Both the position numbers and the translations under genes were made by a program. Below are positions 1 to 14,031 of a stretch of DNA of 64,000 nt, one piece after another. Every line of letters begins with the position of its first letter. Within the stretch, counting starts at the first letter, position 1. Below the pieces are notes generated by a model, which did no database searches, was not told the DNA's origin, and saw only the letters and a program-made list of their open reading frames with translations. Source of the stretch: Nemertoderma westbladi (Eukaryota > Animalia > Xenacoelomorpha); NCBI GenBank assembly GCA_032718475.1, contig JAUCBJ010008087.1:1-64000 (forward strand). The letters are read 5' to 3'.

Positions 1-2065
1 TTCTGGAGTTAATAAAAAGACCAACACTAGAAGCAGCATGTTATAATGAGCTGAGGAGCCGTTGGGCTCCCTCTAGTGATTCTGAGAGTACTCCTAAGTC
101 ATCAGCAAAGTCTAGATCAGTTAGGTACTTGGCAGGATTTCCTCGACTTCTGGAGCCAGTAGGTGGAGTTATCATCACCCCATCATCATTATGATGATCT
201 AAGGACATGCGTAGAACATAGTCAACCACAATTATGAACAAGAATGGTGCAAGTGTGTCTCCCTGGAGGACGCCCCATAACACTTCAAATGGTTCTGTGT
301 CACCGTCAACAGTAGACACAAATGTTGTCGAACCATCGTATACTGATCTGATTGCTGCAATAATTTCATCAGGAATCCCATATAATGAAAGTATGCTGAA
401 CATACGTGAGCGAGAGACTGAATCAAAGGCCTTGAAGAAGTCAACAAAGATAACAGCCAGTTGCCTGTCTTTCTTTTTTGATAACTCTTCAATTATCCTT
501 CTAAGTGCCAAATGGCACTTAGAGCCATGGTCCCACGACCTTTACGGAACCCATTCTGATTTCCAAGGACCAGTCTCTCAATGGGATCCCTGATGCGATT
601 TAATAGAATTCTATTGTATAGCTTTGCAGCAATCGAGATCAATGAGATTCCCCGAAAAGAACCATAGAGTGTTAGGTTGCCCTTCTTGGGAACTGGCACC
701 AACTTATTTGTTTTCATTTCTTGTGGGACTCTTGTTGTTCGGTACATGTCTACTATGATTGGATAGATGAGCTTTAAACACTCAGGTATTTTAACGACCT
801 CAGGGGGACACCATCTACTCCACTGGCACGATTGGTCTTAATGCTCTTTGCAGCAGCCTTCACTTCTGCAAAGGAGATATCACCAATGGGAAAATGTGGG
901 AGTACAGACTCAGACACTTTTACTTCTATAAAGTTATCAGGCAATACCCTGCCATTATTGAGGAGCTTTTCAAAGTGGGCCTTCCAACCATTGAGGCGAT
1001 CGGCTGGTGATTCAGCCTTAACCTTTGTGGTTGGTTGGCTTTTCCGCCCAGTAAGCAAGTTGATCGATTTCCATGCCTGGGATGATTGCCTGCTGTAGTC
1101 AGCATCATTGATGGCATCAACCTGTTGGTTTATTAGCTCCTGTAGATTAACAGAGTACTGTCTGTTCAGGGACCTAGATGCAGCCTTAACTGCATTCTTG
1201 GCAGCAGTAGTTTGTTTGAGTCGGGACTCTTTCTGCGCCTTATAGAGGTCATTTCGACACTTCTGAATTTTGTTGTCAATCCAGGGGGCCCTTTTCCTGT
1301 TGCGAGGGTATACAGGAACTGTTTCTGCAGCTGCTAACTTAACTGCTTCTGTGAAGGCAGTATAGCCCTCACAGTGACCTGCCGCCTCAGAGGCAAGAAC
1401 CTCATACCTGTTGCTCAGCTGTAGTGTGAAGCTGGATCTCACACTTGGCTGTTGCAACAGAGAGGACCAGTCATGCCGCGGCAAGGTAGATTTCGTTGTT
1501 CTGCTAGCACGCAGACTAAGTCTTACCTTGGCCACAATAAGGCGGTGATCACTGGAGAAGGGTCGAAGTGTAAATGCATTACAGTCTTGTATAGAGCTCC
1601 TGTATTTCCTTCGAAACAGAATATGGTCTATCTGGGACTTGTGACCACTGGGTCCACTATGAGTCCATAGCTTCCCAGTTTGCTTCTTGAACTGGGTTCC
1701 AGCCGAAAACAATCCATTTCCAGAGATAAAATCCTGAAGATGGACGGAATTTCGGTCAACACTATTGCTATAGACCCTAGGGCGATGTAGGTGATTGATG
1801 CAGACTTGCATTAAAGTCTCCCAGGAATGTTAAGAATGCATGCTGATCCACTCCATCAGTAGCTGCTTGTAGATTGTGGAAGAAATTTTCCACCTCCTCT
1901 ACAGGGGCAACACTAGTTGAAGAGTAGCACACAATCAGAACCACCTTAGGAAACTTCTTAGCCAGTCTTCCAGAACATGAGAAGTGGCAACGCATGATGC
2001 AGTTAGAGATTTGGAATATTTTGTCCAATGCTGCATGAGCAGTTGGTTTCATCAATAGACCAATT
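1..2065 (-). mobile_element. Degenerate RTE-clade non-LTR retrotransposon (APE endonuclease plus reverse transcriptase), frameshifted, running off the window start
   Basis: Consecutive minus-strand ORF pieces (1777-2055, 774-1811, 493-747, 41-511) carry APE motifs (GDFNA, QIDHIL, SDH) and RT motifs (PKKGNL, FRGISL, FVDFFKAFDSV, GVLQGDTLAPFLF, DLDFADD) typical of RTE. Confidence 0.93.
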
Positions 2066-2070
2066 AGCAG

Positions 2071-2917
2071 TCAGCTCACCTTGTCGCATTGGGGAACCGA
2101 GTGTTAGGGTGTTTGTTTACTGAGGCTAGTCTAGTAACTTGCCTCAGATTCACCAATGGCTTTGTTGGTCAAGGTGGAACATGAGAGTAGCCTCCAACTC
2201 CAGAATCCCTCTCCCCCTCACAATCTGGCCTCCCTGGTGACCCAGGGTTTGGGCCAGAAAGGTCACCAGGAAAGGGACTCAAAGAATTGTTGGCTGCTCT
2301 CTCTCCAGTAGGGGGTGAGACAGGCAGCCGGTAAGGAGATAACTGACGCCTGTAAGGCCGATTGTGTCCGGTAATTCCAATGGCCTCTAGTGGCCGGACC
2401 TCCGCATTACTAATGTAATCCATAGTGGGGGTTGGGGGTGCTCTTTGCCGAGTCAGCTCTCGGGGCAAATACCCACAGGGTGGGTGTCGCAGTGGAGTCA
2501 GATATGAGGCCCATCACCCATATCTACTCTGGCGCACATGACCCACCATTAGCTGTGCAGCTCATCTGCTGGGTCATGCCCTGTACCTCCCCCCCCCCCC
2601 CCCCCCCCCCCCCCTGCTGCAAGGTGCAGGTCGCAGTGAAGTGCACTCAGAGTGGACATGAGAACACTCTACTCCTGACCAGCCATTGGTAGATCACGAT
2701 CTACCTGGCCAGGCCATATACCCCTGCAGCCAAGTATATGGGTCCTTAATCCAGGACCAAGGGCGTCCTTATCCCAGAACGAAGAGGGTCCTAGTTACAG
2801 GACCAAATTTGCCCTAGTAAGAGGGTCTATGCAGCTACAGACAGGTGGCACCTCCTTTATGCTGCATGGAGGTTGCAAGTTTTCTTGATCAATGACCTAG
2901 AATACCTGACCTGACCT
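2071..2917 (+). mobile_element. GC-rich, hairpin-rich non-coding repeat ending in a short CCTGA-type tail; possible non-autonomous RTE derivative or RTE UTR
   Basis: Abuts the truncated RTE. Contains many local inverted repeats and ends ...tacctgacctgaccta. No TSD seen; boundaries and strand are uncertain. Confidence 0.35.
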
Positions 2918-4124
2918 ATAATGGCACGACCACTTTTTAACACATTTTAGTCATGTGAAGATGTCTTTTATCTTGTAGTTTTTGTTCTAGATCAAATAGT
3001 TGACCTTCTGGTTGAAATATAATAGCTAGTAATTTTGATTTTGTGTGAGCTAGTTATTTTTACGCAATAATTTTTATTGTCAGTTTTTATCCTTTTTTTG
3101 TCATTTTTTTTTGATTTTTTATGTCATCCAAAAGTCTAATGTTATTCTGTATTTTAGTACCGGTACCGGTACTGTAACCTGCTCCTTTCTCTCAATTGGT
3201 AATGTTATCGTTTATTGTTTTGGTTAGAAAATCCCGTCTCTGTAACCTGCTCCTTTCCCTCAATTAGTTAAAAGTTAAATTAGTTAAATTAGAAATCAGC
3301 AGTCTGACAGTTTGAAGAAATACATACATACAAAATGACAATAAAAGTCATTAAATGGACAACAAAAGTTATTATGCATAATTCGTAAAAAAAAATGACA
3401 AAAAAAGTCAAATAAAATGACATAAAAAATCACTGCCTTATTTTTATTAGCTAGTTTTTAATCCACAATTAAATCTTCCTGGAAATTACCTAAGGTGGGG
3501 TGTCAAAGAGAGGGTGCTATGATTGGCTAACAGATACCATATCTAATAATAATTAATTGGTGTCTGTCGAAATAGAAAAAGTAAGGTTTTCTTTTGATAG
3601 TTTGGTTTATAGTCTGGTGGTTCTTTTCATAGCAAAATCGTAGTGTTATGATCAAAATAATATATACTATACTGATCATAATACTAAGGATTTATAATAC
3701 TAAACTCTTAATAATAGTATGAGTTCAGCCCTTCTATCCTAAAAAAACGAGGATACATAGAAAACCATGGTTTATCTATCACGATAAACTACCAGTAATT
3801 GTTTTCCTTCATTTAACTTGCTTTTGTATTTCCAATTCATAGCTATTTATAAAATAAATAAAATATTCCAGAATTCTGTGTATTTATAAAATAGAATAAA
3901 ATTGCCCAGTGCGGATGCAAATACATGTAACTTTCTGGGTCCATGTACCAGAATAACGACACTATATTCCAGGACATGGTGTATATAATATGATATAGTA
4001 AAATACATTTTTAATGGTAGCTATAGCTATAAAAAAAATTTTTAATAAGACAATGTTTATTTTAGTTTCTATGATACTAGCTAGTATTTTCATTGGTAGT
4101 GTTTCATTCAAAAAATTATAGCTA

Positions 4125-4975
4125 ATTTTACTCGGGATATTTTTCATCACTCGATATTTTCACTCCGATATTTTTACTCTCGATATTTTTACTCTCGATA
4201 TTTTTACACTCGATATTTTTACTCTCGATATTTTTACTCTCGATATTTTTACTCTCAATATTTTTCTCTCGATATTTTTACTCTCGATATTTTTACTCTC
4301 GATATTTTTACTCTCAATATTTTTTTCTAGATATTTTTACTCTCGATATTTTTACTCTCAATATTTTTACTCTCAATATTTTTGTCTCGATATTTTTACT
4401 CTCGATATTTTCACTTTCGATATTTTTACTCGCAATATTTTTACTCTCGATATTCTTACTCTCAATATTTTTACTCTCGATATTTTCACTTTCGATATTT
4501 TTACTCGCGATATTTTTACTCTCGATATTTTTCAACCCTCGTTATTTTTACTCTCGATATTTTGACTCTTGATATATTTACTCTCGATATTTTTACTCTC
4601 GATATTTTTCAACCCTCGTTATTTTTACTCTCGATATTTTGACTCTTGATATATTTACTCTCGATATTTTTACTCTCGATATTTTTACTCGCGATATTTT
4701 TACTCGCGATAGTTTTACTCGCGTTATTTTTACTCTCGATATTTTTACTCTCGATATTTTTACTCTCGATATTTTTACTCTCGATATTTTTACTCTCGAT
4801 ATTTTTACTCTCGATATTTTTACTCGCGATATTTTTACTCTCGATATTTTTACTCTCGATATTTTTACTCTCGATATTTTTACTCTCGATATTTTACTCT
4901 CGATATTTTTACTGACGATATTTTTACTTTATTTTTCATTTCTCGATATTTTAACTCGCGATATTTAACACGCGA
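4125..4975. repeat. 15-bp tandem repeat (CTCGATATTTTTACT)n
   Basis: Directly visible. It accounts for the low-complexity ORFs at 4314-4968. Confidence 0.97.
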
Positions 4976-5154
4976 TAATTTATCAAGTCTCTATAGTTTC
5001 CAATATAACCGATATATTTGACCTGTCAATGTGATTAGCTATTCAAAATTCTAGAATTTCGGTGATATAAAACATAAGCCATAAATAGAGCCTAGCGAAA
5101 TCGGTCCTTAAAACTGTGGTTGTTTCCAATTAATTCACCGATTTATCATTGCAG

Positions 5155-5273
5155 ACAACCTGGGGGGAGATGATGCTATTCGCACCAGAAGAGCTGATGA
5201 GGGATCTTTAGAAGATATTTGTGAGGAATTTGCCGATTACGTCGATATACCTTTATGTCCTCCTGACTTGTGA
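5155..5273 (+). CDS. Candidate terminal coding exon of a small secreted propeptide (NLGGDDAIRTRR-ADEGSLEDICEEFADYVDIPLCPPDL*)
   Basis: Acceptor tttatcattgcAG at 5153-5154, open frame to TGA at 5271-5273, RTRR site followed by a two-Cys peptide. Upstream exons were not found. Confidence 0.45.
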
Positions 5274-6000
5274 AACTGTGAACTATTGATAATATATTTC
5301 TGGTGGCAGGGTTGGTATAATTGACTTGGTATTTCATGGGGAATATAATATCACAACCAACAGTGGTATATGAGTAACCACAAACCAGTCCAACTAGAGA
5401 TCGACCCCCCCCCCCCCCCCCCCCCCATTTAAGTTAATTGGGGGGGGGGGGGGGGGTGACAGTAATCCCATCTCGACCAAATAATAATATCTCTTTTTTT
5501 TAAAGATAAATTAAAAAAAATCTTCATATATAAAATTCTAATAAAAAGTCGACCGAAAAGTGAAATCCTGGTATTCTTCACATGGGCGCATTACGGTATC
5601 AAGGTTAAAGAAATGTTCCAAAATTTTCCACAAATAATATGACACAAGTATCTAAGCATAAGTTAATTCTGCCCGGGCCAGTCCACAATCGGAATATTAA
5701 AACGCCGGTGAATACCTAAACCCAGCAAACAAACCTCAGTATGATATTTTCCGTCTGTTTGGAATGGACTTCCTCTCTTAAGGGCGGTGTGGTGGTATAA
5801 ACTACTTCAGTTGACATCGCCATCACGTTGATCTTAAACCCAACGACCGCAGCTGTAAAGGAGATAATACGTCCATTACAAGCAAATTACAGTACAATAC
5901 TTTATGACTTTATAGTTTATTATTGGTGTTATGGGTGAATGACTGGTTTCATATTATTATAACTTTTGGTTGGCACAGCTTTTACAAAGTCGGCAATGAC

Positions 6001-6069
6001 GTCCAGGTGGGATCGAACTGGTGACCTCCGAGTTGGAAGTCTGACGCTCTAACCATTCAGCTAGAGGCT
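6001..6069 (-). mobile_element. tRNA-derived SINE head or tRNA pseudogene (anticodon-like TCC)
   Basis: Minus strand shows A box TAGCTGAATGG and B box AGTTCGATCCC at tRNA spacing. Acceptor and T stems do not pair, so it is not a functional tRNA. Confidence 0.7.
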
Positions 6070-8234
6070 CAGGTAAAAGATAGACCTGGAAATACTATCT
6101 GATACCTTGTATATCCGAAATTTGTACCTCTTCATGACCTCCCATCTTTCAATACCATCACATACGGCCACTGTGCTCAACCCTACTGTACTTGGTCGTC
6201 TTGAACCACTCGCTACAATGAAAATATTAACCATAACCATGCAACTGCATAACTCTGCAAATGTTAATATTGTTATTATTGTAAGTCGCTTTATGGCCAC
6301 TTTTTTTGATAAAGTAGCCGCAACGCAACCTTGAAAGTCGCGGTACGGCAGCTCGGAAGAGTTGCGTTACTGCTGCTCCCTTGTGATATTTTACTCAGAT
6401 AGTTCTCTACATGTGTAAGAGACTCGTTAAAAATTAACGCGACAGAAGCCGCAATGCGAATTTTCCTGGAAAAGTAGCGCGACTTTCCGAATTGTGAAAG
6501 TAGCCGAACCGCCACTGCGCCATAGTCAATAGGCCTAACATTAACACAATAAGTTATTGTTAACAACAATGGATGCTTGCTAATCTAATCAAATACAAGA
6601 AACATTTTAATAATGCTTGTCAAATTGCAACAACTTTTTCCCGCAAAAATCTACACAATATTTAATTTAATGTCCAATTTGTCCACAAAATAAGTGTAAG
6701 AAAAAACACGGAGTCCGAGTGGAAACAAGATTAGACTCGGTGTATTTTCAAGAAAATGGATTTCCTGATTGACATCCTGGATACATCGATCCGGTGTACA
6801 ACCTACATTGGATTTTCCGATACAATGTTGAAAGCTTGTGATTGAATTATTACTCCGTAGTTTTACTATTGTTAGTTTGTAACACATCTATGTGTATCCC
6901 AATTAGTGCTGAACACTGAAATTCATTTCAAAGAATTTCAGTTTCAGTTTACTATGCATAGGTCAAGTCTGTCACATTCAAGTTAACTCACATTAAACAA
7001 ATTCAGACGTGGATTTCATTTCAATTCAATTCAAATCCAATCAAAATTTATTTAATATATTCGGGAACACTCAAACCATCCATCAAACACTTTTATCTTA
7101 GTGAAAATAACTGGGTACTTCATGGTCGATTTGGGCAGTTATAAATTTTAAGATTGTTTAAGTTGGGTCGGTATTTTAGTGGAGGTTGGGGGCAGTAGGA
7201 AGCAGAAGCGTAGTTTGTTTTGATCCCTTTTGCCCACGCGCGTCCCTCGTGTAATAGTTTGATGCCTAATACTTTGTTGCGAACATACTGTTGGTTGAAT
7301 ACAATTTTATTTTGTGTACTATCTGCAATCATATTAACAATATCAGATGTCATACAAAAAAACAGCATAAATTTAAGTGTAAATCTCTCAATTTTTTATG
7401 TGTACTGCTGTAGAGGATAATTGAGAATAGTTGAATCGGAATCGGAGTCGGAGTAGGCCTAACTCCTTTTGTTGATTACATAACCAAATATTTTTTAAGC
7501 TTTTTCTTAGAAAGTTATATTAAATGTTGCTAAAATGTAAAAAAACTTAAGATTGTCGATTTATATTTCAATAATTTCAGTTTCAGTTAAATTTCAGTGA
7601 TCAGCAATAATTCGAATATATTAAAACGCATTTGCGGAATTAAAATCGTCATAATTATGCGGACTGGATACCTGGATAAGTGGATAACGGTATTGTACAG
7701 TACTAGGTAAAACCAGTATTCAGTATTACCACCGGTCAGCCGGTACCAGGGTAGGCCTGCTGCGGTAGGTACCGCACCGGTACCTACTTACTTTCTTCAC
7801 TTCATATGGTACTTTAGCTGTTTAGTTCTCGTTTATATTTCGAAGTCTGAAGTCAGCACAGCAAGAATTTGTGTTCAATATGGTGTGCACTCTGTGGAGG
7901 TGTGAGTTGCAGTTGAGTGTTCTCCGAGCTCCTCCATGCAGCCATGTACCACTATCTGACTATAACAGTAACTTAGTGCCTTCAGCTCTTCAGACTGTCA
8001 GGCTTTTGGATAGGACAGTAGGAGGCTACATCAGTAAGATAAGGCAGTAAGGGTAATACTGCAATAGTACTGTAATACAGCAGTACAGATGTACACAGTG
8101 CAGCAGTGCTGACTGTGCCCGGCAGTGCCGGTAGCTAGCTGATAGCTGAACCTGAAGTCTGAAAGGCGAGGTCGAAATAGTGTAAACAATAATTTATTTT
8201 AAATTTCCCTCCAATCAAAATGTATTTAATATTT

Positions 8235-11200
8235 GTGTCCCTGACTATGTTTGTATCCTTGATTAATGATTGTGCCCCTGATTAATTTTTATGTCACTGA
8301 TTAATGTTTGTGTCCCTGACTAATGTTTGTGCCCCTAACTAATGTTTGTATCCCTGATTAATGATTGTGTCCCTGATTAATGTTTTCTCCCTGACTAATG
8401 TTTGTGCCCTGACTAATGTTTGTGTCCATGACTAATGTTTGTGTCCCTGACCAATGTTTGTGTCCCTGATTAATGATTGTGCCCTTGATTAATGTTTGTG
8501 TTCCTCAGTAATGTTTGTGTCCCTGATTAATGTTTGTGTCCCTGACTAAATGTTTGTGCCCTGACTAATGTTTGTGTCCATGACTAATGTTTGTGTCCCT
8601 GACCAATGTTTGTGTCCCTGATTAATGATTGTGCCCCTGATTAATGTTTGTGTTCCTCAGTAATGTTTGTGTCCCTGACTAATGTTTGTGCCCCTAACTA
8701 ATATTTGTATCCCTGATTAATGATTGTGTCCTTGATTAATGTTTGTGTCCATGACTAATGTTTGTGTCCCTGACCAATGTTTGTGCCCTGATTAATGTTT
8801 GGGTCCCTTACTAATGGTTGTGTCCCTGACCAATGTTTGTGTCCCTGACTAATGTTTGTGTCCCTGACTATAATGTTTTTATCCTTGATTAATGATTGTG
8901 CCCCTGATTAACGTTTGTGTATTGTGTCCCTGATTAGTGATTGTGTCCCTGATTAATGATTGTGTCACTGATTAATGATTGTGTCCCTGATTAATGTTTT
9001 CTCCCTGACTAATGATTGTGCCCTTGATTAATGTTTGTGTCCCTGATTAATGTTTGTGTCCCTGACTAATGTTTGTGTCCCTGACTAATGTTTGTGCCCC
9101 TAACTAATGTTTGTATCCCTGATTAATGATTGTGTCCTTGATTAATGTTTGTGTCCATGACTAATGTTTGTGTCCCTGACTAATGTTTCTATCCCTGATT
9201 AATGATTGTGTCCTTGATTAATGTTTGTGTCCATGACTAATGTTTGTGTCCCTGACTAATGTTTGTGTCCCTGATTAATGATTGTGTTCCTGATTAATGT
9301 TTGTATCCTTGATTAATGTTTGGGTCCCTGACTAATGTTTGTGTCCCTGACCAATGTTTGTGTCCCTGACTAGTGTTTGTGTCCCTGACTATAATGTTTT
9401 TATCCTTGATTAATGATTGTGCCCCTGATTAATGGTTGTGCCCCTGATTAATGTTTGTGTATTGTGTCCCTGATTAATGATTGTGTCCGTGATTAACGTT
9501 TGTGTATTGTGTCCCTCATTAATGTTTGTATCCCTGATTAATATTTGTGTATTGTGTCCCTGATTGATGTTTGTATCCCTGATTAATGATTGTGCCCCTG
9601 ATTAATGTTTGTGTATTGTGTCCCTGATTAATGATTGTGTCCCTGATTAATGTTTGTATCCCTGATTAATGTTTGTGTCCCTGATTAATGATTGTGTTCC
9701 TGATTAATGTTTGTATCCTTGATTAATGTTTGGGTCCCTGACTAATGTTTGTGTCCCTGACCAATGTTTGTGTCCCTGACTAGTGTTTGTGTCCCTGACT
9801 AGTGTTTGTGTCCCTGACTATAATGTTTTTATCCTTGATTAATGATTGTGCCCCTGACTAATGTTTGTGTCCATGACTAATGTTTGTGTCCCTGACCAAT
9901 GTTTGTGTCCCTGACTAGTGTTTGTGTCCCTGACTATAATGTTTTTATCCTTGATTAATGATTGTGCCCCTGATTAACGTTTGTGTATTGTGTCCCTGAT
10001 TAATGATTGTGTCCCTGATTAATGGTTGTGCCCCTGATTAATGTTTGTATCCCTGATTAATGATTGTGTCCCTGACTAATGTTTGTGTCCATGACTAATG
10101 TTTGTGTCCCTGACCAATGTTGGTGTCCCTGACTAGTGTTTGTGTCCCTGACTATAATGTTTTTATCCTTGAATAATGATTGTGCCCCTGATTAACGTTT
10201 GTGTATTGTGTCCCTGATTAATGATTGTGTCCCTGATTAATGGTTGTGCCCCTGATTAATGTTTGTGTATTGTGTCCCTGATTAATGTTTGTGTCCATGA
10301 CTAATGTTTGTGTCCCTGACCAATGTTGGTGTCCCTGACTAGTGTTTGTGTCCCTGACTATAATGTTTGTGTCCCTGATTAATGATTGTGTCCCTGATTA
10401 ATGGTTGTGCCCCTGATTAATGTTTGTATCCCTGATTAATGTTTGTGTCCCTGATTAATGATTGTGTCCCTGATTAATGTTTGTATCCCTGATTAATGTT
10501 TGTGTCCCTGATTAATGATTGTGTTCCTGATTAATGTTTGTATCCTTGATTAATGTTTGGGTCCCTGACTAATGTTTGTGTCCCTGACCAATGTTTGTGT
10601 CCCTGACTATAATGTTTTTATCCTTGATTAATGATTGTGCCCCTGATTAACGTTTGTGTATTGTGTCCCTGATTAATGATTGTGTCCCTGATTAATGGTT
10701 GTGCCCCTGATTAATGTTTGTGTATTGTGTCCCTGATTAATGATTGTGTCCGTGATTAACGTTTGTGTATTGTGTCCCTCATTAATGTTTGTATCCCTGA
10801 TTAATATTTGTGTATTGTGTCCCTGATTGATGTTTGTATCCCTGATTAATGATTGTGCCCCTGATTAATGTTTGTGTATTGTGTCCCTGATTAATGATTG
10901 TGTCCCTGATTAATGTTTGTATCCCTGATTAATGATTGTGCCCCTGATTAATGTTTGTGTATTGTGTCCCTGATTAATGATTGTGTCCCTGATTAATGTT
11001 TGTATCCCTGATTAATGTTTGTGTATTGTGTCCCTGATTAATGATTGTGTCCCTGATTAATGTTTGTATCCCTGATTAATGTTTGTGTATTGTGTCCCTG
11101 ATTAATGTTTGTGTATTGTGTCCCTGATTAATGATTGTGTCCCTGATTATTGTTTGTGTTCCGGATTAATGTTTGTGTCCCTGACCAATGTTTGTATCCC

Positions 11201-11990
11201 TGATTAATGATTGTGTCCCTGATTAATGTTTGTGTTCCTCAGTAATGATTGTGTCCCTGATTAATGTTTGTGTCCCTGACTAATGTTTGTGGTCCTGATT
11301 AATGTGTGTCCCTGATTAATGTGTGTCCCTGATTAATGATTGTGTCCCTGATTAATGTGTGTCACTGATTAATGTTTGTGTCCCTGATTAATGTTTGTGT
11401 CCATGACTAATGTTTGTGTCCGTGACTAATGTTTGTGTCCCTGACCAATGTTTGTGTCCCTGATTAATGATTGTGTCCCTGATTAATGTTTGTGTCCCTC
11501 AGTAATGTTTGTGTCCCTGATTAATGTTTGTGTCCCTGACTAATGTTTGTGTCCCTGACTAATGTGTGTCACTGATTAATATGTGTCCCGGATTAATGTG
11601 TTTCACTGATTAATGTTTGTGGCACGGATTAATGTTTGTGTCCGTGACTAATGTTTGTGTCCTGACCAATGTTTGTGTCCCTGATTAATGATTGTGTCCC
11701 TGATTAATGTTTGTGTCCCTCAGTAATGTTTGTGTCCCTGATTAATGTTTGTGTCCCTGACTAATGTTTGTGTCCCTGACTAATGTTTGTATCCCTGATT
11801 ATTGCTTGTATCCCTTATTCATGTTTGTGTCCCTTATTGATGTTTGTGCCACTTAATTTGTGTCCCTGATTAATGTTTGTGTCCCTGATTAATGTTTGTG
11901 TCACTGATTAATGTTTGTGTCCCTGACTAATGTTTGTATCCCTGATTATTGCTTGTATCCCTTATTCTTGTTTGTGTCCCTTATTGATGT
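8235..11990. repeat. 19-bp satellite (CCCTGATTAATGTTTGTGT)n with 26-bp variants and higher-order blocks
   Basis: Directly visible tandem array of about 3.7 kb. Confidence 0.97.
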
Positions 11991-12801
11991 TTCTCTGTAA
12001 ATAAGTTTTTGCCCAGGTCACCGGTGGTATCATAATAGACAACGAGTTAGTGCGTTTAGAAGGACCTTTTTCTTAGTTATTTTCTTTTTAATTTACGGTA
12101 GTTGGTTAGGAACTGTCTCCGTAGTTGAAATCGTTAGTTTCTCCGCCGACATACTTTTTCACTAAGAAAAACGCACCAACTCATTGCTTAATGATGGTTG
12201 TGTCCATCCCCTATCATTAAAATTTGTTATTAGTGCGCAATGTTAGCGGATCCATTTAGTTCCATCCATGTAGATCCATCCGTTAGCGGATTCCAACCAC
12301 AAAATGGAGGGAGCCAATTTATCACATTGGCTACTAAGGTATCCTACAGGGCATAGCAGTAAGAGGTTGATGCAATAGAACCATCTGGACAGTGGATTAA
12401 CCATCCACCCCAGTGGACAGAGGCCAACTAAGGGCCTAAGGGAGGCAGGAACAGGGCGTGGTCAACTGGCCAATGGGAGGCCAGCACATGTCAGGGTTTT
12501 AGTAAGTGTATCGATTGGAGGGCCAACAAGTTTGGCACACTAGCATTTCCCCCTATATATATTACCGATCTTTGATTGTGTAACCAGTTGGCATTTTACT
12601 CATTATGGTAGAGGTGCAATAGTCTCCACTAAGCTACGTTGTTCTACCGCTACTACAGTAGTCAGTCAGTATATTTAACATCAGTCGATTAACGATAGTA
12701 AAGTTCACTAACAAACTCTTTTATTCACCGGCCTAAGGCCAAGTCAACCACCCAGTCAGTAGCCAGCGCGAGCGCGTAGGGACATCACCAGAGTCAACCC
12801 G

Positions 12802-14031
12802 TGTAAAAGCTTTTGTGGGATGTAACTGGCCCTTTTGCTTTGCAATCCAGTTCCCCCCCAGGCGCTGGAATACTCTAAAAAGCTCTCTAACTCGAATGAT
12901 GCAAAGCGACCGGCTGATTGGCTGATTTGTTATACGACGGGCTATTTGCAATGTTCTATCGGCCAACCAGAGCTATAGCAGCAGAGTATGCAACCAGGGC
13001 AACCGAGCGGAGTGACTCATTTTGTGTGTTGGCCAAGGGCTGCAAAAATCCTGATAGTTCGGCATTTAGATATTCATGGAACCTGTGGAATCTGGTGTTC
13101 TGCCAATGAGAGCTATTCCTCTCTGTGTAAAAAGATACCTGCAACGGTGTTAGAGTCAGAGAGTGTTTTTGTTACTGTTGTGTTGTTTCTATCTAGGCCA
13201 AGAACACCGGCTCTGGAGTCAATTGTTTCAGACTTTAGAAGAAACATAAGTAGGCTTAGATTATAGAACGTATAACTGTTATCTCGCCATAATTATCAAC
13301 TAACCAAACAATCATATCATATCTTAACCTACCGTCTTAATGCTATTTACTGTTGTTATTATTTGTATCAGTTGGTTGAATATTATTATTTGGAGAACAT
13401 CTATAAAGAACCCAAATTTCCCAATTTTCTTGATACACTACAGGTTAGAGAGACAGGTTACATATAGCGATTGCGACTTATATCATCGTGGTTTGTAGTG
13501 AGTTTAATGCTATTTGATAGGCACTACATGAGTCAATTGCTGTTCTCTTTATGATAAAATTCATTGACGGTCGGCAGATTATTGTGCAGTATTGTGTGGT
13601 ACCGGTAGTGTGCATGATTGTGGCTGATAACTAAGCATTTCCTAAAGAATGCGCCTCATACGTGAATCATAAGCCTTACCGACTTACCGTTGTGTTTAGT
13701 ACAAGTCATATCTCTGTTTACCTAGATAGAGCGCCACGTCCTAAAGGAACTGCTAATATTTCCCGAAAGTGAATAATATTGGTCAGAAATTATTTATTAA
13801 CGATCAATCGAATAATACAGTAAGCTTACACTGCAATAACAATCTAAGCCCCATCCGAATCCAGTCTCCCGGGTATATCCAGCGGGTGAATGGACGCGCA
13901 CTAGGCTGGCTTCGGCTAATGTTGTGTTTATTGGTATTAAATCCTTGTCATTTTCTAAAGTCTATTTATAAACCAAAAGACATATAAATTTTGGCAGGTT
14001 AAACTGCTAAAGGTCTTCAAAAGCGCGTACA
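12802..14031 (+). repeat. 5' LTR (1230 bp)
   Basis: TG...CA ends. Matches 29531-30764 apart from a few substitutions and a 4-bp ATAT indel. Confidence 0.95.

Noticed and set aside
4314-4968. Low-complexity ORFs (KNIES, LDIFT and similar)
   Set aside because: Products of the 15-bp repeat.
5194-5215. CTGATGA as a second hammerhead
   Set aside because: No stem II followed by GAAA; it lies within the candidate exon.
8235-11990. CRISPR-like array
   Set aside because: Contiguous degenerate 19-bp units without spacers.
7880-12164. Possible two-exon gene spanning the 19-bp satellite (ATG 7880, donor near 8034, acceptor near 12015), or a minus-strand first exon with a donor near 7792
   Set aside because: Splice signals are plausible, but no protein is recognisable and the two models conflict.
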